This document shows, piece after piece, positions 39,392 through 48,638 of a stretch of 64,000 bases of DNA. The stretch's first letter is position 1; each line of letters opens with the position of its first letter. A program made the translations under genes and the position numbers. The stretch spans positions 466 to 64,465 of the forward strand of contig CAZYAB010000007.1 of the NCBI GenBank assembly GCA_964645705.1, written 5' to 3'. This stretch comes from an uncultured Methanosarcinales archaeon (lineage in GTDB: Archaea > Nanobdellota > Nanobdellia > Woesearchaeales > CAXGTL01). Below the pieces are notes generated by a model that worked only from the letters and a program-made list of their open reading frames with translations, was not told the DNA's origin and searched no databases.

Positions 39392-39451
39392 AATATTTTA
39401 TAAATTGAATAATATTCCTCATTGATACTATAATTACAAGGTGATATAAAA

Positions 39452-40525
39452 ATGAAACAAGAACTAATAAAACTAACAGAAAGCTTGGTTAGATTTAAAA
39501 CTATAAAAGATAATCCTCAAGAACTTAAGAATTGTGTTGATTATATTAAAGAATATTTTTCAGATGGTTTTGTTGTAAAAGAATTTGAAAGTAATGAAAA
39601 ACCTAGTTTAGTTGTTTCTTATGAAGATAAAAAACATTTTAAATTAATAATGAATGCACACATTGACGTTGTTGAAGCAGATGACAAAGATTTTACACCT
39701 AAGATTGAAGGTGATAAATTATTAGGCAGAGGATCTGTTGACATGAAAGCAGGTGCTGCTGCAAGCATGTTGCTCATGAAAGAGTTTAAAGATAAAAAGC
39801 CTGACATGGCATTAATGATTGTAAGTGATGAAGAGATTGGCGGGTTTGATGGTACTGGTCATCTGGTAAAACAAGGTTATACAGCTGATTTTGTGATGGC
39901 TGCTGAGCCAGGCCATGATGCAAATAAGTTAGACATATGTATAAAAGAAAAAGGCGTGTTCTGGGTAAAAATAAAAACAAAAGGAAAAGCTTGTCACGGG
40001 TCAAGACCTTGGCTTGGTGAAAATGCTGCTGAGAAATTATTTAATAAATATTTTGAGATCAAGAAATTATTTACACCAACAACACCAGAAGATAGATGGA
40101 AAACAACTGTGAATCTTGGCAAAGTTAATTCTGGTAATTCTCCTAACAGAGTGCCTGATGAAGCAGAAATGGTTTTGGATATTCGATATACTGAGGAGAC
40201 GAGTGCTTCTGAATTGTTTGATAAAATAAAACAAATACAAGACATAGAAGTAGAAGTTATTGAAGAGGCGCCTATGCTAATTAATAAAGACATGACAATG
40301 ATAAATAAATTAAAAAAGGTTGTTGAAAATGTGACTGGTAAAGAGTGTCCATTAATGTCTGAGCACGGTGCATCTGATCTAAGATTTTTTTCAGAAAAAG
40401 AAGTGCCGAGCGCAATCATAGGACCTTTTGGTGAGAATTATCATGGAGATGGTGAGTTTGTTTTAATATCGAGCTTAGAATTGTTTTACAAGGTAATGGT
40501 TGAGTTTGTTAACACACTTACCTAA
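39452..40525 (+). CDS. M20 family metallohydrolase (ArgE/DapE-like)
   Basis: NAHIDVV, GRGSVDMKAG, DEEIGG, HGS.PW.GENA, GASD, YHG.GE. Confidence 0.92.
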   Translation: MKQELIKLTESLVRFKTIKDNPQELKNCVDYIKEYFSDGFVVKEFESNEKPSLVVSYEDKKHFKLIMNAHIDVVEADDKDFTPKIEGDKLLGRGSVDMKAGAAASMLLMKEFKDKKPDMALMIVSDEEIGGFDGTGHLVKQGYTADFVMAAEPGHDANKLDICIKEKGVFWVKIKTKGKACHGSRPWLGENAAEKLFNKYFEIKKLFTPTTPEDRWKTTVNLGKVNSGNSPNRVPDEAEMVLDIRYTEETSASELFDKIKQIQDIEVEVIEEAPMLINKDMTMINKLKKVVENVTGKECPLMSEHGASDLRFFSEKEVPSAIIGPFGENYHGDGEFVLISSLELFYKVMVEFVNTLT

Positions 40526-41165
40526 TACCTAAACTTTTTAATTTTCTTATTAAGGTTTCATACCTTATTTTTATTTTTTTTGCTGTTGTGGTGATGTTGT
40601 GATTGTTTTCTTCCAGAGCTTTCATTAAATATCTTCTTTCGAACTCTTCTTCTGCTTCTTTTAATGTTAATTTTTTTGTTGGTATTTCATTTATAATCTC
40701 TTTTGAGAATTTAGGCACTTTTTCATATGCTTTTTGTAATGCTTCTTCTTTTATTACATCTTTGTATTCGTCTAATGCATCTTTTACTCGTGTACCTATG
40801 ACCATTTTTTTGTAATGATCTGGGTTAAGAAGTTCTGATCTTAGTTTTTTTACATCTATGTTTAGTTCTTTTACAATTCTATGGATAGTCCTTCTGTCAA
40901 CGTCTGTGAAATTAGCAACTTCTGATATGTTTCCATAATGTGTTTCTATTAATTGAGAAAAAAACTGTTTTTTAAATATTCTTTTTGCTTGTTTAAATGG
41001 TATGGATGTGTCAACTGTGAAATTTATCAAGGGTTTTCCTAGCTTGTCTAATAATGTTTCATTTAATTCTTTTATTGATACTCCTATTAATTCTTTGGTT
41101 GCTTTTGCGACTTTTTCTTTGACTAGTTGTTTTTCTAAAGCTGATTCTTTGGATTTTTCTTTCAT
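40518..41165 (-). CDS. Protein with two Fis-type helix-turn-helix modules
   Basis: HYGNISEVANFTDVDRRTIHR and LKEAEEEFERRYLMKALEENNHNITTTAKKIKIRYETLIRKLK; no AAA+ domain. Confidence 0.8.
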   Translation of the reverse strand: MKEKSKESALEKQLVKEKVAKATKELIGVSIKELNETLLDKLGKPLINFTVDTSIPFKQAKRIFKKQFFSQLIETHYGNISEVANFTDVDRRTIHRIVKELNIDVKKLRSELLNPDHYKKMVIGTRVKDALDEYKDVIKEEALQKAYEKVPKFSKEIINEIPTKKLTLKEAEEEFERRYLMKALEENNHNITTTAKKIKIRYETLIRKLKSLGIR

Positions 41166-41203
41166 ATATGATATTTTTGTCGCAGTGGTTTATAAGGGTT
41201 TTG

Positions 41204-41316
41204 GTATGTGCATGGCTCGTTCGCACTTTCCATGTGCATTACTGTTGCATGGAAAGTCCTGATAGTGTTATCATATAATGGGTGCTCACTGGCCTTAACA
41301 GGCGCCATGCACATAC
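41204..41316. ncRNA. Unrecognised structured RNA motif, copy 1
   Basis: 13-bp terminal stem, CTTTCCA/TGGAAAG hairpin and conserved linkers shared with 54730-54830. Confidence 0.7.
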
Positions 41317-41362
41317 ATGTTTTGGTTAGGTTTATATATAATTAATTCTTTATAAAATATAT

Positions 41363-42172
41363 ATGGCTAAGAAAAAGAAGAGGTCTAGAAAAAAGAAAAA
41401 AAAGAATGTCTTGTTTTCTATTGTTAAATATTGTTTGTGGTATCCTATTAAATATTTAGGTAAAGGTTTTATGTGGGTTTTTTATAAAATAAAGGATAGA
41501 AAAGAGAATGTTGTTCTTGATAAAAAAACAAAAGCATTGATTGCTAAAAAGTATAAAACAAAAATTCTTGAAACAATTAAAGGTGATTATAAAGTTTTTT
41601 GGAAAAATCTTAAAAAGTCTGATTCATTGATTGGTATTGTTATAGGTGCAAGAGGTTCTGGTAAGACAGCAGTTGCATTAAAATTATTAGAAGAATTAAA
41701 AGGTTCTAAGAAAAAGATGTTTGCTATGGGTTTTTCTAGTTTGCCAAGATGGATAAAAATTGTTGATGATATTCATAAGATTAAGAATAATTCGTATGTT
41801 GTAATAGATGAAGGCGGAATCTTGTTTTCATCTAGAAAGTCTATGACTAATGCTAATAGGTTATTGACTGATCTTTTGCTTATTGCTAGGCACAAGAACT
41901 TAACAATATTATTTATATCACAGAATTCATCTAACCTAGATGTAAATACTTTGAGGCAAGCTGATTTTTTAATTTTGAAAAAGTCTTCTCTTTTGCAAAA
42001 GAACTTTGAAAGAAAAGTTATTGCAAAGACTTATGATGATTATAGTTCTAAGTTTAAGTTGTATAAAGGTAATAAAGGTGCTTGTTTAGTTTATAGTGAT
42101 GAGTTTATTGGTTTTATAGAAAATGGTTTGCCTAGTTTTTGGTCTGCTAAGGTTAGTAAAGGGTTTAGGTAG
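41363..42172 (+). CDS. P-loop ATPase with N-terminal hydrophobic segment (Zot/FtsK-HerA-like)
   Basis: GARGSGKT, YVVIDEGG, ARHK, FISQ motifs. Confidence 0.75.
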   Translation: MAKKKKRSRKKKKKNVLFSIVKYCLWYPIKYLGKGFMWVFYKIKDRKENVVLDKKTKALIAKKYKTKILETIKGDYKVFWKNLKKSDSLIGIVIGARGSGKTAVALKLLEELKGSKKKMFAMGFSSLPRWIKIVDDIHKIKNNSYVVIDEGGILFSSRKSMTNANRLLTDLLLIARHKNLTILFISQNSSNLDVNTLRQADFLILKKSSLLQKNFERKVIAKTYDDYSSKFKLYKGNKGACLVYSDEFIGFIENGLPSFWSAKVSKGFR

Positions 42173-42176
42173 AAAT

Positions 42177-43058
42177 TTAAAATATGATCTTAGTATAAAA
42201 TTTAGAAAGAATGCCAACTTTGCCAGCACATCCTAATTCATCATCTTCTCTAACACCTTGAGTTAGACCATCAGCAGCCGCATGTGCTTCTTTTTTTTTA
42301 ATCTTTTTTATCTCCACCATGGCATAAAGTTCAGGATGAATAGGTTCATTATCAAGTAATTTTTCCAACCTTTCAACTTCTTCAAAATCTTCAAATCTTC
42401 TTGCAATCTCCTGTGCTTGTAAATAATTATGAGCTTGTTCTTGTAATTTTATTACTTCATTATATTCTTGTATCTTGCTTTGGTGTACTTGACCTTGATT
42501 AATAATCTCTGATTTTAATTCATAAAGATGTAAACGATATTCTAAAACATCACTCATAAAACCAAGATATTTATTAAGATCAAAATTTTCATATGGTAAG
42601 TGTTCTATTATTTTTTTTTCAAAATCAGCATATGCATAATCCAAAACAATTTTTCTATTAGTCTCATCATCAAGATGTAATTTGCCAAATACTGCGGTCA
42701 TTATATTTAACCTATAACTTATTGCGTGTTTATAACATAATAATGCTATGTGCATGTTTCCTTTTTCTAATTCATCAATTGCTAATTGTCTATTACTCAT
42801 TTCAATGATTAAATTGTCAGGATGATCAATAGGACTTTTGAATTCTTTTTTGTGAACCAACATAATAGAATTATAATTTGCGTATCTATTTAATTTAGGA
42901 TTAGTTCTAAACTGATCACCAATAATGTTTGGCATTAAAACATATTCGAGGTGAAGGTATTCTCGTAAGAAATTTCTAAATCGTAATGTGATAACTTTTC
43001 CTTCTTCTAAATCAATTTTTTCCACTGTTCTTCTTAGCATGTTTTTTGTTAATGTCAT
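42177..43058 (-). CDS. Hypothetical helical protein
   Basis: 293-aa ORF, no recognised motif. Confidence 0.6.
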   Translation of the reverse strand: MTLTKNMLRRTVEKIDLEEGKVITLRFRNFLREYLHLEYVLMPNIIGDQFRTNPKLNRYANYNSIMLVHKKEFKSPIDHPDNLIIEMSNRQLAIDELEKGNMHIALLCYKHAISYRLNIMTAVFGKLHLDDETNRKIVLDYAYADFEKKIIEHLPYENFDLNKYLGFMSDVLEYRLHLYELKSEIINQGQVHQSKIQEYNEVIKLQEQAHNYLQAQEIARRFEDFEEVERLEKLLDNEPIHPELYAMVEIKKIKKKEAHAAADGLTQGVREDDELGCAGKVGILSKFYTKIIF

Positions 43059-43094
43059 TTTATGATGTTTGTGATTGTGTTAGTTTATAAATAT

Positions 43095-43778
43095 TTATTT
43101 TCTGCAAACTACAATAATCCTCTGAGCTAAACTTGGTATTGGTTTTGCTAGTAATTTAGAATGAAATCCCTTTTTCCATGAGTTTGGATTAAAATATATT
43201 TCTGTACCAATTACACTTTCCACAGAGAACTTATTCCTGCTCAACACTTTTCTTAAAGTAGGCAAAGTAAAAAGTCTATAATGATTACCAAAATGCCATT
43301 TATTGCAAGGACCTAGTTGTAATGGATATAATCCCACCAATAATCTAAGTCTTGACCCAAGTGAAGCTAAGTTTGGTGTAGATAGTATGACAATTCCATT
43401 TGGTTTGAGTATCCTATATATCTCGGTGAGAAGAAATTCTGGGTTTGTTAAATGTTCTATTACTTGTAAACAAGTCACAATATTAAAATAATTATCAGGA
43501 TATGATAAATGATTATTTAGATCTAATTTTTTCATGCTAAAGCCTTGTTTTGATAATTCATTTACAATATTAACTGAAATATCAACACCATGAACTTGGT
43601 AGCCAAGATCTTTTGCTTTATCTAAAAGATAACCATCTTTACAACCAAGATCTATATACTTCTTTCCCTCTAGGTTGTTATTGGCTTTGTTTTCTTTGTT
43701 TGTAATTTCTTTTATAATATCAAGTACAAGGTTTAGGCGATATAATTTTTCTTCTGAAATTTCGAAATTTTTAATCAT
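43095..43778 (-). CDS. Class I SAM-dependent methyltransferase
   Basis: IDLGCKDG, GVDIS, VIEHL..P, RILKPNG..ILSTPN. Confidence 0.9.
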   Translation of the reverse strand: MIKNFEISEEKLYRLNLVLDIIKEITNKENKANNNLEGKKYIDLGCKDGYLLDKAKDLGYQVHGVDISVNIVNELSKQGFSMKKLDLNNHLSYPDNYFNIVTCLQVIEHLTNPEFLLTEIYRILKPNGIVILSTPNLASLGSRLRLLVGLYPLQLGPCNKWHFGNHYRLFTLPTLRKVLSRNKFSVESVIGTEIYFNPNSWKKGFHSKLLAKPIPSLAQRIIVVCRK

Positions 43779-43821
43779 TTTAGGTGGAAATCTTTTTATA
43801 TATTAAAATCTTACCCTATAT

Positions 43822-44217
43822 ATGCCAAACATAGTAAAATGCTTGATAGTACATGATGATAAGTTTCTAATGGTTAAAAGAGCGTATCATGAAGTTAATC
43901 CTGGTAAATGGACATTTCCTGGCGGACATGTTGAACAAGGAGAAACATATGAACAAGCTGCAATAAGAGAAGCAAAAGAAGAAACAGACCTAGACGTTGA
44001 AGTGGTTAAGCTTAATACTGAATGGTCATTTCCTAGCAAAACTCAGCCGGGAGGTATTGTTGTTGGTAAGTCTTTTTTATGTAAATTAAAGTCTGGTTCT
44101 ATAAAACTTAGTAATGAGCTTGAAAAACATCAATGGATTGATATAAATACTTCTTTAGATGATATAGAGTGGAACTGGGTCAGGAAGGAGTTGATGGCTT
44201 TTAAGGGGAATTTCTAA
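43822..44217 (+). CDS. NUDIX hydrolase
   Basis: PGGHVEQGETYEQAAIREAKEETDL Nudix box. Confidence 0.95.
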   Translation: MPNIVKCLIVHDDKFLMVKRAYHEVNPGKWTFPGGHVEQGETYEQAAIREAKEETDLDVEVVKLNTEWSFPSKTQPGGIVVGKSFLCKLKSGSIKLSNELEKHQWIDINTSLDDIEWNWVRKELMAFKGNF

Positions 44218-44252
44218 TTAAGTTTATATATTAGTTTTGTATAAGTGTTTGT

Positions 44253-44771
44253 ATGATAATCAAAACAAAAGGATTTGTGTTAAGGCCACCAAAATTAAGT
44301 GATGCTAGAAATATTTATGAATATCAACAGGAAAAAGAGGTGAAAAAGAATTTTATGGCTGTGCCAAAAAATATTAATGAAGCTAAAAAGGAAATTAGAG
44401 CTTACTTAAAAAGTAAATTTAAAAAAGGAATTATTAAAGAACATTTTGTTATAGAAGTAAATGGGAAAGTTGTTGGGGAAATTGGTTTTAGAGCAAAAGA
44501 CCCCTATAATCAAACAAAGGCCAAAATTACTTATTGGATTGCTAAGAAAGTAAGAGGAAAAGGAATAACAACAAAAGCTTTGAAATTAGTAACAAATTAT
44601 GCTTTTAAAAAATACAAAATAAAAAGAATGATTGGTGTATGCAGAACATTTAACAAAGGTTCAGCAAGAATACTTGAAAAAGCAGGATATAAATTAGAAG
44701 GTATACTTAAGAAAGATGCTTATAAGAATGGCAAACATTATGATAATATGGTGTGGGCAAAGGTAAGATGA
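44253..44771 (+). CDS. GNAT family N-acetyltransferase (RimJ/RimL-like)
   Basis: ITYWI...RGKGITT, N..SARILEKAGY.LEG. Confidence 0.92.
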   Translation: MIIKTKGFVLRPPKLSDARNIYEYQQEKEVKKNFMAVPKNINEAKKEIRAYLKSKFKKGIIKEHFVIEVNGKVVGEIGFRAKDPYNQTKAKITYWIAKKVRGKGITTKALKLVTNYAFKKYKIKRMIGVCRTFNKGSARILEKAGYKLEGILKKDAYKNGKHYDNMVWAKVR

Positions 44772-45460
44772 AAAAAGAAAAAGAAATAATCAAATTCCTA
44801 AAAAAAAGATACAATGCAAAAGCAATAGTTATAACAGGTTCAAGAGCATATGGTGACTATAAACCCAATAGTGATTGGGATATTTATGTATTTACTGACA
44901 AAAAATACAGAAAGGAAACAGATGATGAATTTTATGCATCATTTCCAGATTCATTAAAAGGCGAGAATTTAGATTTATATAAGCACTATCTCGGTAGAAA
45001 GGAGTATCCTGATAAGATGTATAGAAATTTTAGGTATAGTAAAATTGTTTTAGATACTAAAAATGGTTTTGCAAAGAAATTAAAGAAAAGATCACAAAAA
45101 ATATATAGCAAGAAACCTAAGAAATGGACAAAAACATATGCACAAGGAAGAGTGTATAAAGCAGAGAGATACATGAAAAAATTCATAGATAATTATGATG
45201 ATAAGAAGTTTGGTGAATTGTATTTAAGATTTTGCTGGCATTATACAGAGAATGTTATTGATTGGTGGTTTGGTATAAGACAAGAACATAAACTAAGACC
45301 TCAACAAACTTTTCCTTATATCAAGAAAAAAGATCCCAAATTTTACAGACAATTAAAAAGAGTGTTTGATGAAACTAATTACAAAGTTAAGATAGATGCT
45401 TTTAAGAAAATGCATAAGTTATTGTTTGAGAGCAGAAAGTTTAGGAAATTGGTTAATTAA
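44768..45460 (+). CDS. Nucleotidyltransferase domain protein with helical C-terminal domain
   Basis: TGSRAYGD...SDWDI Pol-beta-type motif. Confidence 0.85.
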   Translation: MKKEKEIIKFLKKRYNAKAIVITGSRAYGDYKPNSDWDIYVFTDKKYRKETDDEFYASFPDSLKGENLDLYKHYLGRKEYPDKMYRNFRYSKIVLDTKNGFAKKLKKRSQKIYSKKPKKWTKTYAQGRVYKAERYMKKFIDNYDDKKFGELYLRFCWHYTENVIDWWFGIRQEHKLRPQQTFPYIKKKDPKFYRQLKRVFDETNYKVKIDAFKKMHKLLFESRKFRKLVN

Positions 45461-46400
45461 TCCTCTTCTCCAACCTTTTCCTCATCAACTTTAGAATCTT
45501 TTTATATCTTTTTTTATCAAAACCAGTTTTTTCTTTATGATAATTTTTTATTTTCCACAAAATATACAAATAATCAGTAAGCATGTGAAACACTTGCCAT
45601 GCAAACACTCTTTGCCTCAAAGTTTTATCAGGATTATATTTTAGATAAGTGTTAAGATAATATTCAAATCTTTTACCTTCTAAATTAATAAACCAAGGCA
45701 TGCACCTATAACCATAATAAAATAATAATGAAACATCTCTTGCATTGTCACCATAACCCATATATTCCCAGTCAATATATCTTACTTTACCTTTATGAAA
45801 TAATATATTGTCAACACAAGGGTCATAATGTATTAATGAGAATCTTTTCATACAAGTAAAATATTGATCTTTGTCTTTTATGTATTTCTTTATTATTGGT
45901 AATGCTTTTTTAGCTGTTTTATCATTCAATACAGATTTAAAATCATTGATTTCTTCTAATAATTCTTTGTACAAACTTATTTTTTTATCTTTGCTATACA
46001 ATCCGCATTTGTTTGATTTATGTTTGTGTAATTTAGCTAATGCTTTGGCATGTATTCTTAAATGTTTTTTTGTCCATCTTTTAACTTGTTTGCCTTTAAC
46101 ATATGTTAACACAGAATAATTGTGTGGAATGATTTTCTTAGAACCATCATAAAATATTGGTTTTGGTCCATATCCTTTTGGTAATTTCTTAAGAAAATCA
46201 AATTCTCTTTTAACATTTTTTTGGCATTTTTTTCTCATGCCAATTCTAAATGTTATCTTTTTTTTATTAACAATAGCTAGCATGCTAAGATTATTCTCAC
46301 CAACACCTAATTTAGAAACTTTGATAGATTTTATTTGTTTAAAACCTAGTTTATTCTTATTCTTTTTAATTGATTTTAGGATTAGTGGTTTGCATTTCAT
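45453..46400 (-). CDS. Aminoglycoside phosphotransferase/choline kinase family protein
   Basis: LG.GENN, LAKLH, LIHYD...DNIL, IDWEY.G.GD.A.D. Confidence 0.88.
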   Translation of the reverse strand: MKCKPLILKSIKKNKNKLGFKQIKSIKVSKLGVGENNLSMLAIVNKKKITFRIGMRKKCQKNVKREFDFLKKLPKGYGPKPIFYDGSKKIIPHNYSVLTYVKGKQVKRWTKKHLRIHAKALAKLHKHKSNKCGLYSKDKKISLYKELLEEINDFKSVLNDKTAKKALPIIKKYIKDKDQYFTCMKRFSLIHYDPCVDNILFHKGKVRYIDWEYMGYGDNARDVSLLFYYGYRCMPWFINLEGKRFEYYLNTYLKYNPDKTLRQRVFAWQVFHMLTDYLYILWKIKNYHKEKTGFDKKRYKKILKLMRKRLEKRIN

Positions 46401-46645
46401 TGTTCATCTTTATGATATAAGTTTAAAAATATTATTTTATTTTCTTCCTTAATATATGCATATGATAATCTATAAGGTTTAATATAAAGTTCTCTTGTGC
46501 CTTTCCTTGCATGCCTCATTGTCTTTCCTATTTCCGGATTCTCAATTATTTTCTTAATTTGCTTTTTAATCTTTAATTTAACTAAAGCATGTTTTATCTT
46601 ATTAACTTTTTTTTCAAATAAAGGTTCAAAATCAGTAATTACCAT
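46397..46645 (-). CDS. RelE/ParE family toxin
   Basis: KIIENPEIGK.M......RELYI.PYRL.Y...YHKD; overlaps the antitoxin stop. Confidence 0.85.
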   Translation of the reverse strand: MVITDFEPLFEKKVNKIKHALVKLKIKKQIKKIIENPEIGKTMRHARKGTRELYIKPYRLSYAYIKEENKIIFLNLYHKDEQ

Positions 46646-46914
46646 TTTTCAAGTTCTTTTAAGAAATCTTTACTATCCATACTAATAAATTCACCTTTTT
46701 CATATCTTTTCCAAGCTTCTTCTGTCCTTCTTGCAAATTCTAGATCATCTTTTAGATTTTCATCTAATTTGTTTGCTTTTTTAAGAACAAAGTGATCATT
46801 ATCATGTATAATTAGTAATTTATCACCTTCATGAATATCTTTTCTCATTTCAGATGGTATTACGATCTGTCCTTTTGAACTCATTTTTGTTATAGCAATG
46901 TCCATTTGTATCAC
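46639..46914 (-). CDS. AbrB/MazE family antitoxin
   Basis: KMSSKGQIVIPSEMRK..I.EGD.L. Confidence 0.88.
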   Translation of the reverse strand: MIQMDIAITKMSSKGQIVIPSEMRKDIHEGDKLLIIHDNDHFVLKKANKLDENLKDDLEFARRTEEAWKRYEKGEFISMDSKDFLKELEKW

Positions 46915-46956
46915 CTAGTAAGATGTATCTTACCTAACTATATAAATGTTTCGGTT

Positions 46957-47382
46957 TTATCTCAACTTCTTCCCCAAAACAGCAGTATCTTTGCAATATT
47001 TATATCCTAGTTTTTGATAAATCTTGAATGCAAGTGCATTTTTTGCAGCTATTATCCAGATCTTTTTACTTTTACAAACTTTTTCTGCTTTTTTAATCAA
47101 AGCTTTACCAATGCCTTTGCCTTGGTATTTAGAATCAACAACCAATTCTTCTATACAAGTGACTTTGCCAATATTATAATATTCATATCTTAAGAGTATA
47201 AACCCAATAACTTTTCCACCTACAACAGCAACAAACATTTCACCTACTTTAAGACAATGTTTAATAGATTTAACTGCAGCTTTTATTGTCCATTTTTCTT
47301 TGTATGGTGGTTTACCATACTCATTTTTCATTAATTCAGCAATTCTTTTGTGATCTTTTTTAGTTGCTTTGCGTATTTTCAT
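46957..47382 (-). CDS. GNAT family N-acetyltransferase
   Basis: IEELVVD..YQGKGIGKALI, A.KIYQKLGY. Confidence 0.92.
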   Translation of the reverse strand: MKIRKATKKDHKRIAELMKNEYGKPPYKEKWTIKAAVKSIKHCLKVGEMFVAVVGGKVIGFILLRYEYYNIGKVTCIEELVVDSKYQGKGIGKALIKKAEKVCKSKKIWIIAAKNALAFKIYQKLGYKYCKDTAVLGKKLR

Positions 47383-48584
47383 TTTTTTTCCTCCCTCATA
47401 CTCAAAAATATCAATATACTTGGAATAATAACCAAAGCACCAATTCCAATAGTATTCTGACCACCAATCAAATCAACAACATATCCTGAAATACCAATAC
47501 CCAATATAAGAGCAGCATTTTCAAACATTGATTTATACGAAATTATCGAAGCCCTGTGCGAAGAAGGTATCAAAGAATTATACCATTTCTCTTCTGCAGG
47601 AATGTACAGATCATCTGTAAATATTATTAATATAGCTAAGAGTGCAGCTAAAAAAGGATTTGTCACAAATAATGCCAAAACATAGATAACAAGTACTGCA
47701 AATAACAAAAGAGCAAAATAATATTTTTTATTCTTAAATTTCTTCATCAACTTAATGCTATAAAGCGCAATCACAATACCAAGTAAAGCAGGAATTATTT
47801 CTATTATCCCCCAAAAATTAAGAGGAATCCCTACTTGAAACTTAAAATCTTGTATTGCTGATGATTCTGCAAAAAAACCAGCTAAATTAGCAAAAAAAGT
47901 AATCCATGTCAATTTATATATAACAGGATTCTTTTTAACAAATTTTACAGCAAACTTAATTTTTTTAATAGTTGTTTGCACACTTTCCATTATTACTTGT
48001 TTTCTTTTAACAAATTTCTCTCTACCAAATATCAATATAATAATAGCAAGAACAAATGTTAAACCTGCTCTGACATACCAAAGAAAAGTATTGTTTGTAA
48101 ACGAAAGAAATAATGTAGACAATAAACCTGCACATACAAAACCTGCATTATAAAAACTTCTACTTTTTGAAAAATAAGAGTCAAGTAAATGTTTTTTTCT
48201 ATCATAGATTAATGTATCAACAGCCCATGCTTGATCAGCACCAGATGCTAATGTGGTTGATATGCCCCATAATCCAAGTAATATAAATATTTGCCAAAAC
48301 GAATTTGATAATGCTATTAAGAATATAATTATTGAATCTGCTACTAAACTTATTACTATGGAAATCTTTCTACCAAATGTATCTGCAATTGAACCTGTTA
48401 TTAATTCAAATGCTATTGTCATCAATGAACAGAAAGCAATTGCTAATGATGATTGAAAATATGTAATGCTTTTTTCTTGTGTATAGAATATAAATAGTGT
48501 TATTGTTGTTATAAAAAATAGACCTCTAAAGAATTTGTATAAATAGAATAACCATAAGTTGGAACTTGTCTCTTTTTGTTTCAT
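47379..48584 (-). CDS. MFS transporter
   Basis: FELITGSIADTFGRK, SGADQAW; ~12 TM helices. Confidence 0.92.
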   Translation of the reverse strand: MKQKETSSNLWLFYLYKFFRGLFFITTITLFIFYTQEKSITYFQSSLAIAFCSLMTIAFELITGSIADTFGRKISIVISLVADSIIIFLIALSNSFWQIFILLGLWGISTTLASGADQAWAVDTLIYDRKKHLLDSYFSKSRSFYNAGFVCAGLLSTLFLSFTNNTFLWYVRAGLTFVLAIIILIFGREKFVKRKQVIMESVQTTIKKIKFAVKFVKKNPVIYKLTWITFFANLAGFFAESSAIQDFKFQVGIPLNFWGIIEIIPALLGIVIALYSIKLMKKFKNKKYYFALLLFAVLVIYVLALFVTNPFLAALLAILIIFTDDLYIPAEEKWYNSLIPSSHRASIISYKSMFENAALILGIGISGYVVDLIGGQNTIGIGALVIIPSILIFLSMREEKK

Positions 48585-48638
48585 ATATCATAATATTACA
48601 GAAACACTTATATAAAGTTTTTCATAAAATTAATATAT

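Noticed and set aside
41102-41262. ORFs 41002-41262 and 54693-54896 overlapping the RNA motif copies as real peptides
   Set aside because: They are on opposite strands relative to the motif, and loop indels do not preserve a shared protein; the conservation pattern fits RNA structure.
41204-41316. Assigning the repeated motif to RNase P (GGAAAGTCC), hammerhead (CTGAT), HDV-like (GCGAA) or glnA RNA
   Set aside because: Only isolated words match. The required partners are missing: the RNase P P4 strand, the hammerhead GAAA on the same strand, the nested double pseudoknot and the GAACG strand.
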